Below are positions 1-13,122 of a stretch of DNA of 64,000 nt, in pieces. Source of the DNA: Chrysomallon squamiferum (lineage: Eukaryota > Animalia > Mollusca); the NCBI GenBank assembly GCA_012295275.1, contig CM022667.1, positions 10,602,001-10,666,000 of the forward strand, in the 5' to 3' direction. Both the position numbers and the translations under genes were made by a program. The notes below the pieces were generated by a model. That model did no database searches. It saw only the letters and a program-made list of their open reading frames with translations, and was not told the DNA's origin. Every line of letters begins with the position of its first letter. Within the stretch, counting starts at the first letter, position 1.

Positions 1-355
1 ATTTCAAAATTCTTATTCGTGCTTTTAATACCAGTGCTGTATAATACGTTTATAAAATAGACCAGGAGGATGTATAATACGTATTTGTGTGTATTATGGA
101 AGCATACATGTATGTATAATGTATGTATAGATGGACATACATTATACATACATACATACATACATACACCTAAACATGTACACATACACATACATACATC
201 TAAATAACGTAGATACATGCATACATGCACACGTATATTTGTTTTTACTATCATTATTTTTTTTAATTTCTGTACATAGTAAGACAAGTGTATACAAAAA
301 AAAAAAAAAAAAAAAATTGAGATCATTCATCCATTCATTCATTCGTTCTACTCAC

Positions 356-988
356 GTCTTCTGCACATTGCCCCCAATCTGTACGTGTTTTCTACACAGG
401 TACATCTTTTGGTACTGTCCACTGGCCTGACCCGAGCACAGGTCATCTCAACTGACCCTTGGATACAGTCCATATTGTTCTGACAACGTTTGTCCACTCC
501 AGTCTGCTGTACTGTAACAAGACATTTATTTATTTATTTATTTGTTAGTTAGTTAGTTTGTTTGTTTGTCTTCATTTTGTTATATTTTATTGTCTATATA
601 TATATACACACAAAAAAATAACTGTAAACAATAATAAATAAATTAAATTAGATAAAATAATAAAAAAAATAAAAAATACCGAGTTATGTCATTAATTTTA
701 ACTAATAAGTTTCAAACAGCGAATTCAGTAAACTGACCTCACATATATCAGAGAATTATTTGTTTGTAGCTTGATTTATACCAGTGGCGACACTTTGACG
801 GTTAAATATGGTGCCACCACGAAAGTGTGCACAAATTTATTTACTTACACCTAGTACGAGATTAATTTATAAATAGAAAACTCGATAAAGTATTAATTTA
901 TTGTTTGTACTTTTTTTTTTTTTTTTTTTTTTTTGATCTGAGGTAGTCTCCAATCGGGATCTGCAGAAGTAAGTCAAGTTCCAAAAAT

Positions 989-1042
<54 letters not shown>

Positions 1043-1702
1043 TTAATTTCATAACGATTATAAGCAAGTGCTTTAAAAACCTTTTATTATAACCATCTAT
1101 TCAACGAAATTGTTAATTTGCTATTAACTGACTATTTCAAACTGAAAAGCGAAACATCACATATACTATTAGCAGAAGGAAATAAAAAAATATATATATT
1201 AATAAAATTTACTAAGTCCATATCCAGCGTTGCAGTAATCATTGCTGCAACATATTCTGTTTCCAAGGCAACGGTTACTTGTTGTGCAGCCTTTTTCAAT
1301 CTGGTTATTTCCCGGACCCAATGTCAGACTATAGCATCTATCCTGGAAGAAAATTGCAAAAAAAATTAAATATATATATATAGTTTGTTGTTTTTTTTTT
1401 TTTTTTTTTTAATCACTACGTATCACAAACATTGATATTGTTGAATACTGATGTGTTTATCGATTCTTCAACAGTGTTTAATATTAAATGTTTTTGGATA
1501 AAAAATATATATATATTTATTAATATATATATTAAAACAAGCACGTGATTTTCAAAGCGAGAACTCTTCAGGCAGAAAATACAAACTACAGATACCTCAA
1601 GACGTTGGCAGACGACTTCCGTTACATTTTCCAAACACTTCAAGTTTGCAGCGTTGAGATAACTCGATGTTGTTGAGGGACATCGGTAACAGCGCAAACT
1701 AA
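356..1702 (-). CDS. Partial gene: Ly6/uPAR (three-finger, quiver/sleepless-like) domain followed by an EB/EGF-like cysteine module; signal-peptide exon not located and 3' end probably off the left edge
   Basis: Three phase-compatible GT-AG exons: 1702-1596 (SLRCYRCPSTTSSYLNAANLKCLENVTEVVCQRLE), 1342-1213 (DRCYSLTLGPGNNQIEKGCTTSNRCLGNRICCSNDYCNAGYGL) and 511-356 (IQQTGVDKRCQNNMDCIQGSVEMTCARVRPVDSTKRCTCVENTYRLGAMCRR). LxCYxC start and CCxxDxCN end are hallmarks of the LU domain. Confidence 0.8.
998..1037. repeat. (AAT)n microsatellite
   Basis: Direct inspection; in an intron of the LU-domain gene. Confidence 0.95.
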
Positions 1703-2081
1703 CTGCAATAATAAAATAAAATAAATAAATTCGTATATATCAAGTAAATAAACAATGCGAAAATGAATCACTACTTTTATTTTTATTAGTTAACGATTTT
1801 TTTTTTGCCATTTCTTTATAGACAGATCTAGTAATAAAGTATTTTTCTAAGTCAGTTTAAAATGTTTGTAGATACTGAAAGGAAACAATTTTCATGTAAA
1901 TATTTATCAAAAGGAAAACAGAAGTATAACGTATAACTTCAGTTTCTTTATCTAGTTTTTTATTCTTACTCATTTCCCCCTCTTTTTTCTCTTTTTTTTT
2001 TTATTCTTTCCTTTTTGCTCTGATAAAACAGCCTAATGTGGTAAATGCTAGGTTATCTTATTCATCTTATTTGCTGCTTTC

Positions 2082-2129
<48 letters not shown>

Positions 2130-2142
2130 TATTATTATTATT

Positions 2143-2180
<38 letters not shown>
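2082..2180. repeat. Compound (AAT)n(ATT)n(ATC)n microsatellite
   Basis: Direct inspection; explains the poly-Ile ORF 2038..2301. Confidence 0.95.
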
Positions 2181-2953
2181 GATTAGCTTCATTATATCAT
2201 CATCATCATTATCAACATCATCGTCATTATTATTTAATTTATTTGAAATAAAGATAAGTAGTCAAAAACTGTATATCTGTGTTAAGAGCTCTTCTAGATA
2301 GAGTAAAACATGACATCGCAGAATTACGATGTAGAAAGGAAAAATACTCACTATATTTATAATTATTACTGAAAACTGGTCTTCAGTCCTGATTAAAATT
2401 TACTTAAATAAATAAACAAATTTGGCTTTTTGTTCGCATCGTCATATCTGAGATTCAAAATTAATTTTTACATGGTTGGCTGACATTAAGATACTAATAT
2501 CCATTGAATAAAATGCACGCTTCTTTCGTCGCAGTTTTCCTTACACTTTAATCAGTTTGATGTGACCTATCTATGATAGTTATCATGTTATCAGTAAAGC
2601 CGTGAAATTAAAACGTGATATGACGTTACTGACCACTCAGTAATTAATTAGATTTCAATATAGCACGTGCTAATTACGAATGACTTAATCGGTAAGTTAG
2701 TGATAAGAATCTTTTGAAAAAGTTTAACGTAATAGAGATTCTCTTTTCGCAAAAGAGGGAACGAAACAAAAACATGCCACTTATGAACTTCATTTTTCAA
2801 GGGCAAACTATTTTGATACATACTTTTAATTTTGTTTTTATAAACCATTTCTGAAGTATTCAGAACTAAACAGATGGTGATTTTTAAAAAATGTATTCTC
2901 CATTTGTTGTTGTCTTCTCCTTCTTAATAGTAGTAGTAGTTATTATTATAACA

Positions 2954-2955
<2 letters not shown>

Positions 2956-3026
<71 letters not shown>
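2956..3026. repeat. Compound (AAT)n(GAT)n microsatellite
   Basis: Direct inspection. Confidence 0.95.
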
Positions 3027-3029
<3 letters not shown>

Positions 3030-3871
3030 AATGTTATTACTATTTATTAATTCCTATTTTATTTATTTATTTATTATATTTAACTTATAATAACTATTTG
3101 GAAATGAAAATAAATCTGATAATTAACTACAAGGTTAGACATAACGAGCTGGTGAAGCATTATCGTGTCATTTTAACAAAGTGCAGCTCCGTGTAAACTA
3201 TATCGAAAAGAATGTGGTTAGAACGTGACTTTCAAAGATTATAGATAGTTTATCATTACGCAAAACAAGTATTAACGATGTGCCTTACTTATTATTTATT
3301 TACATTTTCTGGCGTCGTTTTCAGACTCATATATCAGCCGTGGATTACCCACCTAGCACAAGTTTCAGGCCAATGAGGCACCATTTAGTAACCGTTGCCC
3401 TAGTTGTAAGTAAAGTAATTTTAGCTATTGTCGGCTATTCGGTGCTTATTAAACAGCTATAGTAATATGCATATTAAGATAATTATTTATTGATATGTGG
3501 AGCCTATATATTTAACTATATTTAATATAGTTGTATATCTACTACTACTAGCACTATCATTACCATTACTACTACTACTACAGCTACTACTACTACTGCT
3601 GCAGCTGCTTTTATTTGCACTACTGCCACATGCATTAGAGAAACTTATAACGATTAAATATTTGTCTGTCTGTCTGCCTCTATCTATCCGTCTATTTGTT
3701 TGTATGTGTATATATGGGTGTGTGTGTGCGTGTAAGTGCGTGTGTGTTGTGTAATTATTAAAATAAATAGAAATTTTAGAAATAAAAAACCTACTGTATG
3801 CACTGTTCACTCTCTTTAAATCTACCCACGGTTTTTACGATTATTTTTTCTATTTTATAGTTGTTGTTATT

Positions 3872-3890
3872 GCTGCTGCTGCTGCTGCTG

Positions 3891-3977
<87 letters not shown>

Positions 3978-3993
3978 TTACTACTATTACTAC
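3872..3993. repeat. Compound (CTG)n(CTA)n microsatellite
   Basis: Direct inspection; explains the poly-Leu and poly-Ser ORFs at 3791-4151. Confidence 0.95.
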
Positions 3994-4880
3994 TGCCACT
4001 ACATCTCCTATTATTTGTTATTATTATCAATCTCATTTATCTTGAAAGATGCATCAACATTAAAGATTATAACTTTATGAAAACCCTTTTCGAAATTTTT
4101 CGCCCGCTCCTGAACCATAACAATATCATTAATTTTGACATTTATATCTAAACATAGTCCAAATTTATTTTGCCTGTCATAGATATAGTTTAAAAAAAAA
4201 AAAAAATTATTTTGTCATAACTTTTCTAATAATTGACAGTTATTAAAAATATTATTTGAATTTTGTTTTGTAACTTACAGTTTTTGAGCTGTATTTTGCG
4301 ATAAAAATAATGATGAATATAACGACGATGACGATGATGATAATAATAACAATAATGAAAATACGATGATGATGATAGTAGCAGTGTTAATTTTATTGAA
4401 TAAATAGTAATAATAATAAAGTTGTGATGATACTATTACTAGCATAACTATTAATAATAATATAATTATAATTAATCATCATCGTCATCATCTTTGAGAT
4501 CATCTTAATCATCACTGTCTCTACTCACCAACAGTCTGAACTGATATGACGAAAATCACGGTTTCAAGGAATCGCATAATGAAATTATTCCGAGAGGGAA
4601 ATTTCAGTGACTTCACCCAACCTTTTGTGCTTGCTAAATGAAACCTTTTCTTGTTATTACGCAAAAATAATTAACATCGCCTTTCACACAAGCACATACA
4701 CGTCAAAGTATTTACAATTTCAGATGTTATGATATCCCCGTGAATTTTGTGTGTTTGGTGAGAAAGTTTAATTTGTTCCACTAGATTGATTACAAACATT
4801 TACTATAGCAGCGCGCAGTAAATCAACCAATGAGATTTCGACGCATTCTGTAAATTAATTATTAATTAAAATAAAAAAAA

Positions 4881-4914
<34 letters not shown>

Positions 4915-5749
4915 TTAATAATTAGAATGATGAGATGATGATGTTGATGATAATGGTGATGGTAGAATCAGATGCAGCAACAGAACTAATTAATAATAGT
5001 AGTAATCGTAGTAGCATTTGTAATAATATTAGTATTATTATTAATATTAGGAGTATTAGTAATTGCACTGGTATAGTATTATAAATGTAATAAAAATGAT
5101 GGCGATGAAGGCGGCAATTATTCTGTTAATGATAACAACTACTAGAAGCATTTCTAATAGCTTATGAATGTGATGCTAAATGTAGTAGTGATTGTAGTAG
5201 AAGTTATAACAGTAGTAGAAGCAGAATCACTATCAGAAGTAATTGTAGCAGTAATAACTTCACTAACAGCAACAGAATCAGCAACATTATAGTATTTAGG
5301 CGGGCTAGACGGCAGTACTAATACTATAACTTATTTTAACGAAACTGTTAATCAAATTTTCATCGTGGTCACTCGGTCTTGATTGCTTATGAATCTGGCC
5401 ATAATAAAATGACTGGGAGGTCTTCGGAAGATCGACTGGCCCGTAAGATCTATTTTCCCTTTTTTTATATCACTTACTTTTTTCTTTCCCCAACTAGAAT
5501 TCTTGAATTAGTGTTTGCGTTTCTGTCTTATTGAAACAAAAACAAAATCCTTGTCGTTATTCAATAAAAAAAATAAACCAAAAGATGGATGCATTTTGTA
5601 ATGATACTATGATTAAAAAAATCATAACATATATTATTAAATCGACCAAAACTTCTACGCATACAAGTAATGATATATTGAAACTCTAGATTTTGAGGAC
5701 GAAAATACAAAGAAAGAAAACATTTACATCATGTTATGTTTTTACGAGA

Positions 5750-5854
5750 AAAGTTCCGCTTCCGGCGAATGCAGTTCAAGGTCGTAAAGCACAACAAATT
5801 GATCGAAGAAGGAGGGAATCTACGTCACTTGTAATTTTCGCGAAAAGTGTAAGT
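5750..5854 (+). promoter_or_regulatory. Probable AMFR promoter and non-coding first exon
   Basis: CpG-rich patch with ETS-type CTTCCGG (5759-5765), TACGTCA (CRE-like), palindrome TTTTCGCGAAAA (E2F-like, 5835-5846) and a strong donor GTAAGT at 5849. A matching acceptor (ttttttcag, 6973) lies just before the AMFR ATG. Confidence 0.6.
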
Positions 5855-6984
5855 CTTCGTATTTGTTTGTCATTGTAGATAACCATACCATTTTCATCGT
5901 GTTTAAGTATTTATACAGAGTTATTTACGCGTCGTTCTGTAGCATACGTGATACATAAACGTTGGCAATCGACATCCGTCTTGACTCCAGGAATTACCGA
6001 CTGATGTCAGTGATGTACTATATTGTACAAACTGTTGTTACCGAAATTGAAAAGTGTACAACAAAATTAACTCAGTATTAGGGATGAATCATCATGTCTT
6101 ATGTATTTGTTTTTCAATTTTATGCGATAGTTTTATAACGGTTGTCTTAGAATACTAAAATTCGTAAGAACAGAAATAAAATATTGTAATTAAACACGAT
6201 ACACATAATATAGATTGTAGTAGTTATGCAGTATGTAAACCACGAACAGAGTGTAATTATAGTGATAAAATGCACTTGATTAAATATATTACAACTAATA
6301 AAGTACCATACATATCACAGAACGTATATTTATTTATTTTGTCATCATTAGAATTATTTAAATGCTTTATTATGTTTACAGACTATAAATAAGTACATTT
6401 TTTTTTTTTTTTAAATGAGAGAGGGAGTTATAATTATGTAAACGACACAAAATCTAAGTAAGAATAAATTAAGTTTGATAGTACAAAAGAACTATAACAA
6501 TAACAATAAAAAACAACAATAAATAAAATAAAACAAAACATTTTCTTACCAGGGAAACTATTAATATTTTTGATCTAGATTCTGTACTTGAAAAATCTGA
6601 AATAATGTTGCACATTTTGAACAACAACTTCTGTATTTATTAAATGTAAAGCAAAATTTTTGTATACAAATTTGATGTAAAATTTTGTTAATATATCTCC
6701 TTTGATTATGTATAGCATTTTTAGCACTTTATTAATATAAACATAAATGAATACTGCTGTTCACAATGAGGAATTACTAAAGAATTTTCAAATTGTTGTT
6801 AATAATAATTTTGAAAACAAAATGTTGTCTGGTATCAAAAAAGCAAGAAAATGGCTGAATTTTTAAAATGTTACTGTATAATAACCTTATTAATATTTGA
6901 GCTTGTGGATATTTTCTCATTTTACATAGAATCTAAATATATATATATATTATTTATTTATTATTTTTTTCAGATTGTTTTAAA

Positions 6985-7675
6985 ATGCCTGCTGTATTGT
7001 TAGAACGAATTCCACTCCCTAGTTTACAGTTTTACACATCGTTTACTGCTGTCTTGCTGGCATCAGCCATATTTTATGCACACCAAAGTGTGACCTCAAT
7101 TGGTGAAAAACAGACAGAACTGGAAATGGCAGAGACAGATACAAGTCAGACCCTACAACCATTACGTGTCTGGAATCAGACACTACCATACGATACTTAT
7201 GGCTGGAATCTTCTTTTTGTCATTACGAACGAGACTTGGTGTGTTTGGGTGAGCAGAAGGATTATACTGTATTTTCTCGCAATTTGTTTGTTTTATTTTT
7301 ATTTTTAAAAATTTGATATAATTATTATTAATGAATATAAATTTACCTGGCCCCATACTTCTAGGTTCAGGAAAATTTTAATTTATATACTACATTTGCC
7401 TAAAATTATAATTTAGTTGAAAGAAAATTTGTGAAATGGTTAAAAGTATATATTAATAGTAATTTTAACAGATATTTAATACAAATAGGTTTTATTTTTT
7501 TCTTATTTTTATTTTTTGTAGTTATTAAAATAAATTATGATAAAATAATGAATATAGTATTTTAAAAATACAGATACTAGTGAACACAGCCTACTGCGGC
7601 CTTATTTTGGTTGGGAAAGTCATACAGAAAATTGTGTTTGGTGATCTCAGAGTCAGTGAGCAGCAGGTGAGTTTA

Positions 7676-7737
<62 letters not shown>

Positions 7738-10700
7738 TCCCTCCCTCCTTCCCTTTCTCCCTCTTCCTGTCTCTTTCCTGTCCTGTTGTTATAAAGTTGT
7801 TGCTTTTGCTTAATTAAAACAAATTACAATTTCACGTGATAAACTGTTTCTAACCTTGATTTATAAACGTGTATAGAGTGAAAAAAAATTATTTACAGAT
7901 TTATGTTTCTTTGGTTGATTTTTTAAAACAGGTTTTATGTGTGACTTTTTTAAACTTGTAGCATTAAAATAATTTTAACTAATCTTGTCTTTTGTATTAT
8001 TTCTGTTGACATTTTATGATTGTAGTTATTCTGATTTTATTTTACATTTTATCTTGGAGGTTATATTTTTTAAATTATTTCTCAGTTTTGTTTTAATTTT
8101 GTCTTGCATCTTTTAATCTATATCTTATTTTATTTTTGCAGCACTAAATCCAATTTTTATTTTTATTTTTTAATATATTTATTTTTCTTGCAGCATCTGA
8201 AAGACAAATTTTGGAATTTTGTATTTTACAAGTTTATCTTCATTTTCGGAGTAATGAATGTACAGACAATGGAAGAGGTTGTGTTGTGGGTTGCATGGTT
8301 TTCTGTCCTTGGTTTCTTCCACCTTCTCACACAACTTTGCAAAGACAGATTTGAATATGTAAGTACTTTTTATTTTTACTCTGTTATTCCTTTGATGCAA
8401 CTAAACTTCAATATGTTTTAAGTAATTTCTTTCTTACTCTGTTAGTTATTTCATTCAGTCCAAAATAATTTATAGTCCAAAAACTATTCACCAGCATTAG
8501 AAGAAGAAGAAGTTAAATGTATAATCCAATTTGTAATCTAAATATCACGTTGACACCAATGTGTTTTGTCAGAATATAATAGTATGTTGCGTACCAGAAT
8601 ATTTCAAGTGATAAGAGATTATACAGATCAGTCAGTTCTCAAAATTTTGTTAGGAAAGCATAATCTCAGAGGCAGGCCAATTACGTTAACATAATGTTTG
8701 TTGGTGCAATATTTTTATCTTTCTCCTTGGCCATTTGGGATAATTTATGGATATATTGATTTTATAATTTACAGTATATAGTTTTTCAAAATGTTCTTTA
8801 ATATTTACTATAAAAAATTTTTTTTTTTTTTAATTTAATAATTGTTTTTCTTTTGCAGTTATCCTTTTCTCCAATGACACCTCGGACATCACACATAAAG
8901 CTTCTCTCACTTCTCTTCATTATTCTCTTTTCCTGCTGTGGTCTGCTGGTGGTGTGTATTTACACTGGACTTGATGCTGGAATCACAATCTTTGCCTTCA
9001 TGGGAGCTGAGGTCAGTTTTAAAATAGTTTCTACATTACAAATAAACATTATCTTATACCAAATACAAAAATTTAAAGCATTTAAAAAAATATCTAATGT
9101 GTCCACGCTATACCTTATTTGTTTAACTTCTCCATAAACTGAAGCACATTTTATTCTGTTTGCTGCTAACTATTCTGTTAATAGCATTATCAAAGTGTGA
9201 CTCTAAGGAAAGAAAAAATGAAGAAAAGTTTAAAACATTTTTTTAGTAATTGATTTTGTTTTTTTATTATTGTTGGATTTCATCCTTTTACTAATAATAA
9301 AGTATGACAGTAGAGGTTAATTCATGAAATACAACTTTCCATTCTTTTTTATATATCAGTTTTATCACATCACAAGCAGAATTGTAATCAGATACAAATC
9401 TTAAAAATGTAAGAATCAGTTAAATCAAAATTAACAAATCTTCAGTCATTCACTGACAGAATATTTTGTTAAATTCCACCTGTACATGTATAAGTTGATT
9501 TTTCTTAAAACCTATTCTTTTAATTCTGTAAACTGTGGATAAATTTTAAAATTGGATATACTGAATTGGTTTGTCTTTTATTTCTCTTTAAAAAAAAAAA
9601 AAAAAAAATAAAAATAAAAAACCCTACAAAATATATTTTGTAAGTGTATTAAATATATAATTTTTCTTCCAGTGTCTTTTACTTGGATTGAGGACACTGT
9701 ATGTTCTAGTGAGGTAAGTCAGTTATAATTTTTTTTTTTTTTTTTTTTTTTCTTTATTTTATATTTAATTGTTTCAGTGTAGCATCATTAAATTTATTTA
9801 TTTCAGGTTGCATTTTCTTCTTGAGTGTGTAGCTTTTTGTTTTTGAAATAGTAATTTTTTTTAACAATTTTTCCATAAAGTATTTTTAGAATTGGTTTTA
9901 TTTTAAATTTTTAATTTTTTAATTTAACTTTTTCAATTTTTTTTAATATTCTTTTTTAATCAATTCTTTGAAACTTTTTAAAATCAATATTCACTGTATA
10001 AAAATTATGAAATTACTAAGTTATTTTATATGGCATTTTTAAGAATTAATTCCTTGGCAGTTTAAAGATTATTAAGGATTATGTCTGGATTTTTTTGATT
10101 TTTTAAAATGTTTGTTCAGTGAAATAATTATTTCATCATATTGTTGAGTTTCTGTTTATCTCAGGTATTTTATTCACCTGTGGGACATGAGTAAGGAGGG
10201 GGTGTGGGAGAATCGATCAATTTACATCTACTACACAGAGCTGGTGTTTGAACTCGCTGCCCTGGCAATTGACTTCTGTCACCATCTACATATGCTGGTT
10301 TGTGTCTTTTATTAATTGTAACAGAGTTTACTGTGTATGTTCATATAGACACAGACATATGCACACACATACATACATATGACATGCAGAGTCTAATCTC
10401 CTTTCATGGCCACATTGAGGTTTCCTGCACAATGCATTATGGTTACAAGATATAAACTCTTTATGGCAACCACTTGTCTATAATAACCAGTTTGCCTAAT
10501 CTCTTTAGTGGTTGTACTAGACAGGTTGAAGTATGTGTGTGCACATGAGTAAACAAAGGTACACATCCAAATACATAATTACAAACAAACATACACAAAC
10601 ATGTAATCACAATCAAGAAATCAAAACATTGCTTCGTAACTGGTTTATTAAAGTTCTTCAGTTATTTTGCCTGCTTTTTAGTATTATCACCAATTGGATG

Positions 10701-13087
10701 TCAGATGTGCAGTTTATATATATATGTGTGTGTATTTATGTATTTATTTATTTTATTTATTGATTTATTGATTGATTGATTTATTTATTTATTTATTTAT
10801 TTATTTATTTTAAACAGCTGTGGGGCAACATCTTCCTCAGCATGGCCAGTCTGGTGATTTGTATGCAGCTTCGCTATTTGTTTTACGAGTTCCAGCGGAG
10901 AGTCAAACGACACAAAAACTATCTACGAGTTGTCAAGAATGTTGAAGCCAAGTAAGTAGTTTTAATTAAGTTTGAAATTTTTAATAATTTTTACATTTTA
11001 AGGAATGTGTGCCTGTTTGTGTGTGAGTGTGTATATATATATAAAAATATATATATATATTTTTTTTTCTGTAATTATTTCTGTTTGTAAGAATATTCAC
11101 ATATAGTTTAATTGTTTTTGTTCATATTAAGTTATGCTGAAAATATTAAACATTTTTCTCTCAACATTTGTATATAATTTTTACATCCAAACAGCATTTA
11201 TTAATTTAAATCGCTCAATTGATGAGTTTTATAAATATTGCTATTTTTAAATTTTCCTTTTTTTTTTTTTCTTAAAGATTTCCCATGGCCATGCAGGAGG
11301 ACATTGAGAAAAATGCTGATGATTGTGCAATCTGCTGGGAGAAAATGGAATCAGCCAGAAAACTGCCTTGCAGCCATCTCTTTCACAAGTATGTGAGATA
11401 GTTATTCTAAAAAATAAAAAAATAAAAATTTGTAAACTTAAAATACATCTCTTGCTGTACATTAGCAAATGCAGGTAGGTTCAGGATCCCTTACCAGAAA
11501 AGGTTGGGACCAGATTCAGATTCCTTTTGGATTTTGGAATATAAAGACATTATTATCAAAGTCTGAGCATGAAACTATAAGTATTTTATTTAATATTTGA
11601 AATACCTCTTTACATGCAATCTTCAACCTTTATTATAGATATCTAATTAATCTGAAGTATGTGTATTTGTGGGACAAATTGAAGTAATACTAATTTAGCT
11701 CAGTAAAGGACCATAATTATCCAGTGATATTTCAAACAAAAACAATTTTGAATTTCTCAAAATTGGTGTGTCAAAGGGCCAAATTTTAAATTGTGTTACA
11801 GGCAGAATTTCCTGTATTGTTATATTTTATTTTAATTTTATTTTTTAACTTTTTTTAAATAAAAGAAGGCTTTGTATCACATTAATTGTCTTTCTATGCC
11901 AATTCATTGACTTATTGATGGTTTTTTTTGATTAGCTTCTTTAACTAAACTGTTAATAAAAGGAATTCTAAAAGCTCTGTGTGTATTTTCAGTTCGTGTC
12001 TGCGGTCCTGGCTGGAACAAGACACGTCATGTCCCACCTGCAGAATGTCCCTCAGTGACGAACCCAGGGGCAGTGACCAGGCTGCGCCCAACGTTGGGGA
12101 TGATGTACCCCCAGCCCCTCCTGCACCCAACCAGGGCACTGTCAATCATTTCTTTCATTTTGATGGTAAGGAAATATTTTTAAATATCAGTTACTGAAAC
12201 AAAAAAGAATCCTTAATTGTAATTAAAATAACATTTATGGAAAAAATAAATCTTTGAATTGTGATTAAACTATCATTTATTGAAAAAAGTTATATTTGAA
12301 TTGTGATTAAAAAATCAGTTATTTAAAAAAATTATTATCTGAATTGTAATTAAAATAACAGCTTTAAAAGAAATAAAATAAAGTATTTTTAAAAATAATG
12401 GAATATTTTAAAATATATTCACTGCCGAACTATAAATCTGGTTCTTTGCTTTGTAGCACTAGCAACAGACCAGTTACCTTCCTTGTCACTTGTCACAGTT
12501 GGTGATGCTGATATTAAACTTATTCTTTCTAAATTCACCTTGCTAACAAGGAAACAGAGTGAATAAACACAAGTATTATTATTTATTATTATCTTCTTTA
12601 GGTTCTCGTTATGTCAGCTGGCTGCCAAGCTTCTCTGTTGAAGTGACACACACAAACCTGTTGCCGGGGCAACAGACACACATTCAGACATCACAGTTAG
12701 ACAACATGGTAAGACTGCATGAGTGTTTTTTTTTAAATGTTTCACACTGATATGAAAAGTTGTATCTGCATTGTTTCCAGAGCTGTTTTTATAATTCAAA
12801 ATTTGCAGCTATTGTTTTTTTCACTTGGAATCTGTGTATGGGTGTGTGTGTGTCATACAAATTAAAAGTTTGTTCTTAGTTTTGTATTTATAGGTTAAGA
12901 TATAAATGTTGTTTTTTTTTTGTTTTTTTTTCAGGCAAGACAAGTACAGCAGGTATTTCCCAACATGCCTCTGTCCACAATCCAAGATGACCTCCGAGTG
13001 ACCCGGTCAGTTGACCTCACAATTGAAAGCATATTGGATGGACGCTTACATGCACCTCCAGTTAGTGAATAGAAACATTTTAAATTT

Positions 13088-13122
<35 letters not shown>

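Noticed and set aside
2352-2445. Candidate first (signal peptide) exon of the LU-domain gene
   Set aside because: Available frames hit stops or end in the wrong phase for the phase-1 acceptor at 1702.
2038-4151. ORFs encoding poly-Ile, poly-Leu and poly-Ser
   Set aside because: They are translations of trinucleotide microsatellites with no gene context.
12175-12365. Regularly spaced repeats (here and at 44042 and 46424) considered as CRISPR-like arrays
   Set aside because: Eukaryotic intron or UTR context, contiguous degenerate units without unique spacers, and no cas genes.
12436-12520. Small hairpin in an AMFR intron considered as an H/ACA snoRNA
   Set aside because: No H box (ANANNA) after the hairpin and no convincing second hairpin plus ACA tail.
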